A stretch of DNA of 32,000 nt. Source: Clostridia bacterium (GTDB lineage Bacteria; Bacillota; Clostridia; UMGS1810). The translations under genes and the position numbers were made by a program. The stretch is taken from the NCBI GenBank assembly GCA_045546535.1, contig JAZQDA010000102.1:7587-39586 (forward strand). Reading direction: 5' to 3'. Numbering within the stretch: position 1 is the first letter of the stretch; every line of letters begins with the position of its first letter. Of the stretch, positions 20,527-28,208 are shown piece by piece. Below the pieces are notes generated by a model. It worked only from the letters and a program-made list of their open reading frames with translations, searched no databases and was not told the origin of the DNA.

Positions 20527-21483
20527 ATGTCAAGTTATTTTACAAAGAAAAAACTGATTGACGATAATTCCGACCTCTATATCTCGGAATATGATAAAAG
20601 TCTTCCCTCGAAAGACCTTGAGGGAATAATAAGTGCAAAGAGAAGTTATAACGAAGCACAGAAAACGGGCAATACCTATGCAATGCAGGAGGCAAATAAA
20701 AGAGCAAACGACATAAGAAAGACAAGCGGAAGTTATACGGGCGGACTGGACGGTTCCGAATATAAACGCACCCCGAAAGATTATGAAATAAGAGTTTACG
20801 AAGGTTTTTCTTCGCCTTATTCAAAAGAGAAAAAAAGGGTTCTTAGTAAAATTAATTCTATGAATGATTTTTCATATAACCCTGAAGATGACCCGATTTA
20901 TGCAATCTATGCAAATCTTTACAGGTCGCTCGGTGAAGATGCTTATGACAGAGCACTTTCGCAAAATGCTATGCGTACAGGCGGTGTTGCAAGTACAAGT
21001 GCACAGTCTCTTGCTATGCAGGCACAGAATAAGTATAACTCAATGCTAACTGCAAAAATTCCTGAACTCTACGCCCAAGCGTATGACAAATATCTGAATG
21101 AATACGAAAGACTCTACAGAGAACTTGAAATGTATGAGGACTTTGAAAACACAGAGTACAAACGCTACCGCGACAGAGTGTCCGACTGGGAAAACGACAG
21201 AGACTATCAGAGCAAAAGAGATAAGGAAACAAGAGATGAACTTTGGAATCAATATGAGTTTAACTCAAATCTTGAATACGACCTTGCAAAAGACGAAGAA
21301 GAAATGTCGTTTAAAAAAGAACGGGCAGATATGGAAGATGCAAAGTGGGGCATGGAATTTGACCAAAAATCCTATATGGATGCGCTAAATGCCACTATGG
21401 ATCTTGTAAAAATTATTGTTGATGAGCCGGATATTTCAGCAGCGCTTATTCAGGAACTTTATGACAGTTTGAAACTCGACTGA
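20527..21483 (+). CDS. Highly charged helical phage protein (possible internal virion/ejection protein, speculative)
   Basis: ATG at 20527 lies 9 nt after AAGGAG; the track start at 20518 abuts the RBS. Contains AKRSYNEAQKTGNTYAMQEANKRANDIRKTSGSYTGGLDGS and the DPIYAIYANLYRSLGEDAYDRAL...TGGVASTSAQ motifs seen in Firmicutes phage structural modules. Confidence 0.6.
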   Translation: MSSYFTKKKLIDDNSDLYISEYDKSLPSKDLEGIISAKRSYNEAQKTGNTYAMQEANKRANDIRKTSGSYTGGLDGSEYKRTPKDYEIRVYEGFSSPYSKEKKRVLSKINSMNDFSYNPEDDPIYAIYANLYRSLGEDAYDRALSQNAMRTGGVASTSAQSLAMQAQNKYNSMLTAKIPELYAQAYDKYLNEYERLYRELEMYEDFENTEYKRYRDRVSDWENDRDYQSKRDKETRDELWNQYEFNSNLEYDLAKDEEEMSFKKERADMEDAKWGMEFDQKSYMDALNATMDLVKIIVDEPDISAALIQELYDSLKLD

Positions 21484-21489
21484 TAAAAA

Positions 21490-21680
21490 GGGCGTCCTCA
21501 CTTGGGGATGAATCGGTTTTGACTTGAAATTTTCCGTTAATACGGAGCAAAAAAATCCCGTAACGCGACAGCATTACGGGATTTTTTTGTCTTGTCTTAT
21601 TCGTAAAATCTCTGACTCAAAACTGCAAAGCACCTCAAAAGCATAATTTTGGGGCGAATAATCCCTAAGCGAGGACGCCC
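21490..21680. repeat. 191 bp element bounded by 19 bp imperfect terminal inverted repeats
   Basis: GGGCGTCCTCACTTGGGGAT (21490-21509) versus ATCCCTAAGCGAGGACGCCC (21661-21680): 19 of 20 positions pair, one of them a G.U, with one A/C mismatch. Further pairing is possible between GTTTTGA (21516-21522) and TCAAAAC (21617-21623). Confidence 0.7.
21549..21588. terminator. Bidirectional rho-independent terminator ending the phage-derived operon
   Basis: AAAAAAA-TCCCGTAA-(10 nt loop)-TTACGGGA-TTTTTTT. Confidence 0.8.
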
Positions 21681-21715
21681 AAAAGTAAGGTCTCTTTTTT
21701 CATTTATATATGCGA

Positions 21716-21744
21716 TTGTTTTTTTGCTTAATCAGTGGTATAAT
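21716..21744 (+). promoter_or_regulatory. sbcDC promoter
   Basis: TTGTTT (21716-21721), 17 nt spacer, TGgTATAAT extended -10 (TATAAT at 21739-21744). A 9 bp inverted repeat, TTGCTTAAT/ATTAAGCAA (21724-21751), overlaps the -10. Confidence 0.6.
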
Positions 21745-21782
21745 TAAGCAAAAAATGTCTTTAAATAACTCTGGAGGTTTTT

Positions 21783-22907
21783 ATGAAAATACTTCACACT
21801 TCCGACTGGCATCTTGGTATAACCTTAAACAGTGCAAGTATGGCAGATGAGCAGAAAAATTTTATAGACCAAATTTGCGAAATTGCAAAATCTGAAGGCA
21901 TCGGTGCAGTTGTAATTGCGGGTGATATATATGACACAAGTGTTTCAAGTTCCGATGCTGTGTCGCTTTTCAGTTATGCAACAGACAGACTTTGTAATGA
22001 ACTCGGCTTAAAAGTTTTAGTCGTTGCGGGTAACCACGACGGCGCGGCAAGGCTTAGCGCATACAGTTCCATAACAGATAAGGCAGGGCTTTTTATACGC
22101 GGAAGACTCACAAAAGATGCACAGCCTGTTAAAATAGACGGAGTTAACTTTTTTCTCTTTCCGTATTTTAATACAGACGAAGTAAAATCACTTTTCCCGG
22201 ACAGATATATAAAAAACTACACCGACGCTTTCAAAACAGTATGTGAAAATATTGATGAAAACATTTCAGAAACAGAGAAAAATATCGCCGTAGTCCATAC
22301 ATTTATAACAGGTGCCGAGACTGGCGATACCGACAGGGCGGCAATTGTGGGAACCTGTGCAAATGTAAGCGCATCAGTATTTGAAAAATTTGATTATGTC
22401 TGCGCAGGTCATATTCACAGAGCGCAGGATATCGGCAAAAACATAAGATACTCAGGCACTCCTATGAGAATGTCTTTTTCAGAATGCAGTCAGGAAAAAA
22501 CCGTTACAGTTTATGACACCGACACAGGCGAAAGAAAAGAAATTAAAGTAAAACCCCTTTTTGATATGAAAATTCTCTCTGGAAGCATAGAAGAACTTAC
22601 CCGAGATGCCGAGCCTTGCGATGATTATATAAAAATCGAACTTGAAAAAGGCTTTGCAGGACTTGAACAGCAACAGTTTTTCAGAGAGTTTTATCCAAAC
22701 CTTATAATGATTACAACCAAAGGCACAGACGATACCATAGAAGACATAACGCTTGATATGTCTGATATCGACACGCTTTCGCCCAAAGAGATGTGCCAGA
22801 GTTATTTCACAGAAGTCCTCGGCATTTCACCTGAAAAAAGACAGGTCGATATGCTTCTTGATGCACTTTTGGAAATTGAAAATGAAAGAGAGGGGGAAAC
22901 AAAATGA
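21783..22907 (+). CDS. sbcD: Exonuclease SbcCD, nuclease subunit D (Mre11 family)
   Basis: Calcineurin-like phosphoesterase motifs DWHLG, GDIYD, GNHD and GHIH. GGAGG RBS. Confidence 0.9.
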   Translation: MKILHTSDWHLGITLNSASMADEQKNFIDQICEIAKSEGIGAVVIAGDIYDTSVSSSDAVSLFSYATDRLCNELGLKVLVVAGNHDGAARLSAYSSITDKAGLFIRGRLTKDAQPVKIDGVNFFLFPYFNTDEVKSLFPDRYIKNYTDAFKTVCENIDENISETEKNIAVVHTFITGAETGDTDRAAIVGTCANVSASVFEKFDYVCAGHIHRAQDIGKNIRYSGTPMRMSFSECSQEKTVTVYDTDTGERKEIKVKPLFDMKILSGSIEELTRDAEPCDDYIKIELEKGFAGLEQQQFFREFYPNLIMITTKGTDDTIEDITLDMSDIDTLSPKEMCQSYFTEVLGISPEKRQVDMLLDALLEIENEREGETK

Positions 22908-25564
22908 AACCTTTATATCTTTCGTTTAAGGCATTCGGGCCTTATCTTGAAAAACAGGAAATAGATTTTACAAAACTCTCACAAGCGGGAATTTATCTTA
23001 TTTCAGGTCAGACGGGCGCGGGGAAAACCGCAATACTCGACGCTATGAGTTATGCGCTCTACGGAGTGAGTTCAGGAGGTCAGAGGGGCGATTTCCTGTC
23101 TATGAGATGCCAGATGGCAAAAGAAAATCAGGACACAGAGGTTGAATTCATAATAGAGGTAAACGCCAAAGTATATAAGTTTACAAGGCAAGTACGCTTT
23201 GCCAGGAAAAACTTCAACCAGACCCAAAATGTTTTTATAAAAAATTCAGACGGCGTTTTTCAGCCCATATATGCAAACCCCAGGCAAAGCGATGTAACCG
23301 AAAAAGCAATTGAATTAATCGGTCTTTCTTCAGAACAGTTCAGGCGTGTAATTCTTCTTCCGCAGGGGCAGTTTGAGAAACTTCTAACATCAAAATCTGA
23401 TGAAAAAGAAGCGGTACTCGTTTCGCTCTTTGGCACAGACAAATGGCAGAAGGCATCGCAGAGAGTATATGAAAAAGCAAAAGAAAATAAAGACAAGATT
23501 TTAGCGGATTTTCAGTCTGTAACATATACACTTGCAACTTATGGGTGCGAAAATAAAGATGCGCTCAGTGCTCTTATCCAAAGCACAAAAGAAGAAGAGA
23601 AAAGACTCAAAGAGGAACATAAGAGATGCTCTTGTGAGTATGATAAAAAGAAAAAAGAGTACGAAACACTAAAAGAAATATCTGCTAAATATGACGAGTA
23701 CAAAGAAACGGCAGACGAGTTCAAAACTCTGATATCAGACGAAGAGAACCAAAACAAAATCGAGAAAAGACTGTCGATGTGTTCATTATCTTATGATATA
23801 AAGCCTTTGTATGATAAAAAAGAGGACGCAAAGATAAATCTTTCTTCAAGGAAAAAAGAGGCAGAAGATTTAAAAGAAAAATTAGACATAAAAAATAAAA
23901 GCCTTTCACTATTAAATGAAAAACTTGAAACCTTAAAATCAAAAGAAAGCCAAATAGAGCAGTTGTCAGCCAAAGCAGTTTTTATGGAAAGTCTTATTCC
24001 CCTATACACTGACGGCGAAAAACTCTCAGACGAAAAAAAGAAAGCACAACTTGATTTAGACAGTGTCCGACAAAGCCTTTCTTCAGTGAATTCAGATTAT
24101 GAAGAAAAAGAAAAAGAGTATAAAATAAAAGGCGAAGATTTTAAAAATGCATTAGATGAGTACAAAAGGGCAACTGCCGGGTACATTTTGCATATAAGTT
24201 CTTCACTTGCAAAGGATTTAAAAGAGGGAGTGCCTTGTCCTGTCTGCGGAAGTCTTTCTCACCCCGAGCCTAAGAACTGTGATACGGATGCTGTGAGCGA
24301 GGAAGAAAAAAACACAAAAGAAAAAGAACTCACAAAAGCAAAAGAACTTTTTGATATATGTCAGAGGAAAAAAGACGAACTTTCAAAAAAGGCAGAAAGT
24401 GTTCAGCAACAGTATCAGAACACACTTTCGGAATTTGAAAAGATTTGTGCGAGAGCCGAAAACTTTGAAAAATCAAAAATCGAAACAATTGACACATTAG
24501 ATGAGTTAAACGAAAAAATATCTTCATATCAGAAAAAAGTCAGGGACTACCGTGAAACTTTTGAGAAAACAAAACGGGAATTTGATGCATATAATATCGA
24601 ATTTGCCACACTTGAAAGTCAGTATAAAAAGGCTTTGGAGGAAGAAACTAAGGCCTTAAAGTTATACGAAAAAGAAAAAGAGACCTTTGACAAAGCACTC
24701 TTGTCGGGCGCCTTTGTCAGCGAAGAAGAAATGAAAAACGCACTTCTCACGCCCGAAGAAAAAGATGCTCTTATAAAGCAAAGAGAAGACTACAACTTAA
24801 AATACAAATCATTAAAAGAAAAACTTGAAAACTTAAAAGAGTTTGAAGACACCAGTCAAAAGCCTGATTTGACAGCATTTGCGCAAGATGTAAATCTTTT
24901 GTCGGAAAAGAAAGAAGACGCTTCAAATTCTCTTGCGGTACTGAGCGAAAGACTTACCCGAATGGAAAAAGATTTTGAAGCCGTTTTAAAAAAGACGGAA
25001 AAATATCAGAAAGATATAAGTTTAGCCGACTCTGACCTTGAATTTGCAAAAAGATTGAGGGGCGACACGGGTATGGGTATTCAGCGCTACATCTTAGCCG
25101 CAATGCTCGGTGCGGTAACGGGCGAGGCGAATAAACTTCTCTCTGAGGTTCACGCGGGAAGATATAGACTTCACAGAACATCATCAACCTCTGATTTGCG
25201 TACAAGAAAATCAGGTCTTGAACTTGAAGTTTTTGACCGCATTTCAGGCGAAACGAGAAGTGTCACAAGTTTATCGGGCGGCGAAAAATTCCTCGCATCT
25301 CTTAGCCTTTCGATAGGACTTGCATCGGTTGTTATGTCGCAGTCGGGGGGCAGGAAACTTGACTCAATGTTTATTGACGAAGGCTTTGGGAGTTTAGATG
25401 CTCAGTCGGTAAGTGATGCACTCTCTGTTCTTTCACATGTTAAAAATGCAAAGGGAAGTGTCGGCATAATTTCCCACGTAAGCACCTTGAAAGAGAGCAT
25501 AAACACCCGCATTGAAATTACAAAGTCAAACGGCACAAGTAATTTAAAAATAATAACTGACTAA
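22904..25564 (+). CDS. sbcC: Exonuclease SbcCD, ATPase subunit C (Rad50 family)
   Basis: Walker A GQTGAGKT, long coiled coil with a central CPVCGS zinc hook, signature LSGGEKF, Walker B MFIDEGFGSLD and an H-loop ISHV. ATGA coupling to sbcD. Confidence 0.9.
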   Translation: MKPLYLSFKAFGPYLEKQEIDFTKLSQAGIYLISGQTGAGKTAILDAMSYALYGVSSGGQRGDFLSMRCQMAKENQDTEVEFIIEVNAKVYKFTRQVRFARKNFNQTQNVFIKNSDGVFQPIYANPRQSDVTEKAIELIGLSSEQFRRVILLPQGQFEKLLTSKSDEKEAVLVSLFGTDKWQKASQRVYEKAKENKDKILADFQSVTYTLATYGCENKDALSALIQSTKEEEKRLKEEHKRCSCEYDKKKKEYETLKEISAKYDEYKETADEFKTLISDEENQNKIEKRLSMCSLSYDIKPLYDKKEDAKINLSSRKKEAEDLKEKLDIKNKSLSLLNEKLETLKSKESQIEQLSAKAVFMESLIPLYTDGEKLSDEKKKAQLDLDSVRQSLSSVNSDYEEKEKEYKIKGEDFKNALDEYKRATAGYILHISSSLAKDLKEGVPCPVCGSLSHPEPKNCDTDAVSEEEKNTKEKELTKAKELFDICQRKKDELSKKAESVQQQYQNTLSEFEKICARAENFEKSKIETIDTLDELNEKISSYQKKVRDYRETFEKTKREFDAYNIEFATLESQYKKALEEETKALKLYEKEKETFDKALLSGAFVSEEEMKNALLTPEEKDALIKQREDYNLKYKSLKEKLENLKEFEDTSQKPDLTAFAQDVNLLSEKKEDASNSLAVLSERLTRMEKDFEAVLKKTEKYQKDISLADSDLEFAKRLRGDTGMGIQRYILAAMLGAVTGEANKLLSEVHAGRYRLHRTSSTSDLRTRKSGLELEVFDRISGETRSVTSLSGGEKFLASLSLSIGLASVVMSQSGGRKLDSMFIDEGFGSLDAQSVSDALSVLSHVKNAKGSVGIISHVSTLKESINTRIEITKSNGTSNLKIITD

Positions 25565-25566
25565 AT

Positions 25567-25595
25567 AAAAAACTCGGCATATGCCGAGTTTTTTT
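25567..25595. terminator. Bidirectional terminator between sbcC and the lipid kinase gene
   Basis: AAAAAA-CTCGGCAT/ATGCCGAG-TTTTTTT perfect palindrome. Confidence 0.85.
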
Positions 25596-26541
25596 ACGTG
25601 TTTATATAAACTTTTTTGTTTTTTTGGGGCAGAACAAAATCATATGCACTATGACAGATTTCAAAGACAATCTCACCTGCATCGGTAATCTCTCCGTCTA
25701 TTCCGAGCCTTATCTTTATATCTTCAGGGATGATTGTAACTTTTTTGCATTTGACAGACTCAATATATTTCCTTGCTCTTTTTGAATTTATAAACTTGCC
25801 GTTCATATAAAGGGGAAGCAGGGTTATAAAATTAAACCTTGATACGTTTTTGACAATGTTTATATTTATAAAACCGTCATTTACCTCTGCCAAAGGATTA
25901 CTCTTTATACCGCCTCCGCAATACGAACCGTTTGCAATACTTGTAAGAAGAATTTCACCCTCATATAAAACCTCGCCGTCTGCGATGATTTTAACGGGCG
26001 TTGTCTTTTTCTTTAAAAGGGTAATGAAAATAGAAAAAATATATGCAAATGTACATTTTATAAATTTTCGCTTTTTGAGTTTATTTGAGGTATCTGCTAC
26101 TTCTGCATCAAAGCCGATGTTAAACATATTGACGCAGTATCCGCTCTTTTTCTCTCCGTTAACATAGGTGGTATATTTAATCGCATCGCATATTGTGGCA
26201 TCTGAACTTATCTGAGTTTTAACATCTTCAAAATCCGAAGAAGCAAAATTTCTGCAAAAATCATTCCCCGTACCAATCGGCAAAACTCCTACTTGCCCTT
26301 TGCCTGACTTCAAAACCCCGTTTAAAACCTCACTCAGTGTCCCGTCGCCGCCACAGGCTATGAAACGCGCTTCGCCGTTTTTCGTTGCATAGTCTTTCAC
26401 AAAGCGGTATGCATCGCCCTCTGATTTTGTGATGTATAACTCTGAGTTCTCATTTTCTGTAACACTTTTTATTTTTTCGGTAAGCGCATCAAACTTTTTC
26501 CCTTGTCCCGCTTTCGGATTTACCACAAAAACTGTTTTCAT
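25594..26541 (-). CDS. Diacylglycerol kinase-family lipid kinase (YegS/BmrU/DagK type)
   Basis: Motifs VVNPKAGQGK, ACGGDGTLSEV and PIGTGNDF are characteristic of the DAGK catalytic domain. Confidence 0.85.
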   Translation of the reverse strand: MKTVFVVNPKAGQGKKFDALTEKIKSVTENENSELYITKSEGDAYRFVKDYATKNGEARFIACGGDGTLSEVLNGVLKSGKGQVGVLPIGTGNDFCRNFASSDFEDVKTQISSDATICDAIKYTTYVNGEKKSGYCVNMFNIGFDAEVADTSNKLKKRKFIKCTFAYIFSIFITLLKKKTTPVKIIADGEVLYEGEILLTSIANGSYCGGGIKSNPLAEVNDGFININIVKNVSRFNFITLLPLYMNGKFINSKRARKYIESVKCKKVTIIPEDIKIRLGIDGEITDAGEIVFEICHSAYDFVLPQKNKKVYINT

Positions 26542-26556
26542 TCGTATTCCTCCAAA

Positions 26557-27924
26557 TTACAGTTCGTCTGCCAGAGATTTTCTTCTTTCCCATATGGGCG
26601 ACAAGAAATATATAACACTCGGTATTGCATAGCCGTAAGGTGCAAGTGCATAGCCGAGAACAAATCCGTAAAAGCCGAGATTTAATGTAAAACCGAAAAG
26701 ATAACTAAGACCGATTCTGAGTACTACCCCGTCTAAAATGGCAAGAATCATACTGAGTCTGCCGTTACCAATTCCCTGAATAAACGCACCGCTTCCTCGC
26801 ATTAAAGCAAATGCGGGGAACATCCAAAGAATTGCCTTTATAAATACTTCAGACATTTCGTGAACTTTCACATCGTCAGAGAAAGCCATAAAGAGTTCTT
26901 TGCCAAAGAATACATAAAGTGCCATAAAGAAAATTGTGAGAAGACACGAATAAATCCAAGCCCAGTAAACAACTTTTTTTGCCCTTTTCTTCTCTTTCGC
27001 ACCGATGTTTTGACTAATCATCGGCATCGCCGCGTGTTGAATGCCTTGAGAAATTTTATTTACAATATCGTCAATTCTCATACCTACGCCAAATGTTGCC
27101 GATGCCACAACGCCTACACTGTTTATTATGGAATTTACAAAAAGCATTGAAAGATTTATAAATCCAAGTTGAACTGCCATCGGAGTTCCAAGACCTATTA
27201 TCATTTTTGAATATGTCTTTTCTATTTTAAAACTTTTAAGTTTAAAATCAAAGCCGAAAAGATATCTGTGTCTGTAAAGATACCATACAGAAAAGAAAAA
27301 CGAAACCGCCTGACCGATGATAGTTGCCCATGCAGCACCTGCCACACCCATTCCCATATATCCTATGAAAATAATGTCAAGCACAAGGTTTATAACAGAT
27401 GCAATAAATATAAAAAGAAGCGGTCTTTTTGAATCACCCATACCTCTGAGTACCGCCGACACCATATTATACCCTGCAGTAAAAACAAGTCCTCCGCCGC
27501 AGATTATAAGATAATCTAAAGCCATTGAATGCGACTCGGGGGGAGTATTCATAAGTTTTAATATAGGTTCTTTAAATGTTATCAAGGCAAAAGTGAAAAA
27601 GAGAGAAATAATCATAAGAATGGAAAAAAGAGTCCCGATTATTCCGTTTGTTCTGTCTTTTTTCCCTGCACCGATTGCCTGAGAAACAAGAACCTGACCC
27701 GCGTTTGACACGCCAAGGCAAACCATCGTTGCAAGATTGACCATAAGAGATGTCTGCGAAACCGCCGAAAGACCAGCCGTGCCCTCGTATTTTCCCACAA
27801 CAATCATATCGATGGTAGAGTAAAGCACCTGAAGAGCATTTGATGCCATAAAGGGCAGGGTAAACCATAAAAGCCTTTTAGGGATATTTCCTTTTGTAAA
27901 ATCTTTTGTTATAGATGCACTCAT
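26557..27924 (-). CDS. MATE family efflux transporter
   Basis: 455 aa, about 12 TM helices, N-terminal KGNIPKRLLWFTLPFMASNALQVLYSTIDMIVVGK typical of MATE/NorM proteins. Confidence 0.85.
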   Translation of the reverse strand: MSASITKDFTKGNIPKRLLWFTLPFMASNALQVLYSTIDMIVVGKYEGTAGLSAVSQTSLMVNLATMVCLGVSNAGQVLVSQAIGAGKKDRTNGIIGTLFSILMIISLFFTFALITFKEPILKLMNTPPESHSMALDYLIICGGGLVFTAGYNMVSAVLRGMGDSKRPLLFIFIASVINLVLDIIFIGYMGMGVAGAAWATIIGQAVSFFFSVWYLYRHRYLFGFDFKLKSFKIEKTYSKMIIGLGTPMAVQLGFINLSMLFVNSIINSVGVVASATFGVGMRIDDIVNKISQGIQHAAMPMISQNIGAKEKKRAKKVVYWAWIYSCLLTIFFMALYVFFGKELFMAFSDDVKVHEMSEVFIKAILWMFPAFALMRGSGAFIQGIGNGRLSMILAILDGVVLRIGLSYLFGFTLNLGFYGFVLGYALAPYGYAIPSVIYFLSPIWERRKSLADEL

Positions 27925-27984
27925 AAGTTTTTTCTCCGTTTTTAAGTTCTGAAAAAATAAAACTTCTTCTGACCGCTGGAATAA

Positions 27985-28016
27985 AAATTAAAAAAGACAC
28001 CGCAAGGGTGTCTTTT
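27985..28016 (-). terminator. Rho-independent terminator after the tRNA
   Basis: AAGACACC-(GCAAG)-GGTGTCTT stem. On the minus strand it is followed by TTTTTT. Confidence 0.75.
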
Positions 28017-28023
28017 AATTTTA

Positions 28024-28097
28024 TGGACCTTCAGCGACTCGAACCCCGGACCAACCGCTTATGACCCGGTTGCTCTAACCAACTGAGCTAAAGGTCC
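28024..28097 (-). tRNA. tRNA with CAU anticodon (Ile2/lysidine-type or elongator Met), with two stem mismatches
   Basis: The reverse complement GGACCTTTAGCTCAGTTGGTTAGAGCAACCGGGTCATAAGCGGTTGGTCCGGGGTTCGAGTCGCTGAAGGTCCA folds as a cloverleaf. Acceptor GGACCTT/AAGGTCC, D arm GCTC/GAGC, anticodon loop GTCATAA, T loop TTCGAGT. G31.G39 and G52.G62 do not pair. No encoded CCA. It has its own promoter and terminator. Confidence 0.75.
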
Positions 28098-28128
28098 ATA
28101 TATTATATGCTATTTTTGGCACCTTGCT

Positions 28129-28157
28129 ATTATAACATATGAATTTTGAAAATTCAA
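28129..28157 (-). promoter_or_regulatory. Sigma-A promoter for the tRNA
   Basis: On the minus strand: TTGAAT, 17 nt spacer, TATAAT (plus-strand ATTATA at 28129-28134 and ATTCAA at 28152-28157). The -35 lies within the perfect palindrome GAATTTTGAAAATTC (28141-28155). Confidence 0.65.
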
Positions 28158-28208
28158 GTGTTTTTTTTACTTTTTTTAAAATCTTTGTTAAGGTTTAAAA
28201 TCATTATA

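Larger units (their letters stand above)
12133..21483 (+). mobile_element. Phage-derived (podovirus-type) portal/tail/lysis operon lacking capsid, terminase, replication and integration genes
   Basis: Twelve co-directional ORFs separated by gaps of 13 nt or less, or by 4-14 nt overlaps. Phage structural and lysis signatures are listed per gene below. Flanks are core genes, and no att-like direct repeats were found by eye. Confidence 0.75.

Noticed and set aside
21504-21530. GGGGATGAATCGGTTTTGACTTG resembles the 5' end of tmRNA (GGGGnnGnnnCGGnTTCGAC...)
   Set aside because: No tRNA-like 3' domain (GGTTCGA...CCACCA), tag reading frame or pseudoknot-sized body follows. The segment is only part of a 191 bp inverted-repeat element. 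Prophage integration duplicates tmRNA 3' ends, not 5' ends.
11899-21782. Search for att-type direct repeats, an integrase, or a tRNA target at the borders of the phage-derived operon
   Set aside because: Only trivial short matches (TTTCGTA-type heptamers) are shared between the left and right junctions. No recombinase gene is in the window. The only tRNA is 6.5 kb away, beyond sbcDC. No integration boundaries can be claimed.
21783-25564. SbcD/SbcC pair next to phage genes, considered as a possible dedicated anti-phage SMC/nuclease system
   Set aside because: Both proteins have the full canonical SbcCD motif set, including the zinc hook. They have their own housekeeping-type promoter and terminator and no extra partner genes. 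This is consistent with the ordinary chromosomal sbcDC operon.
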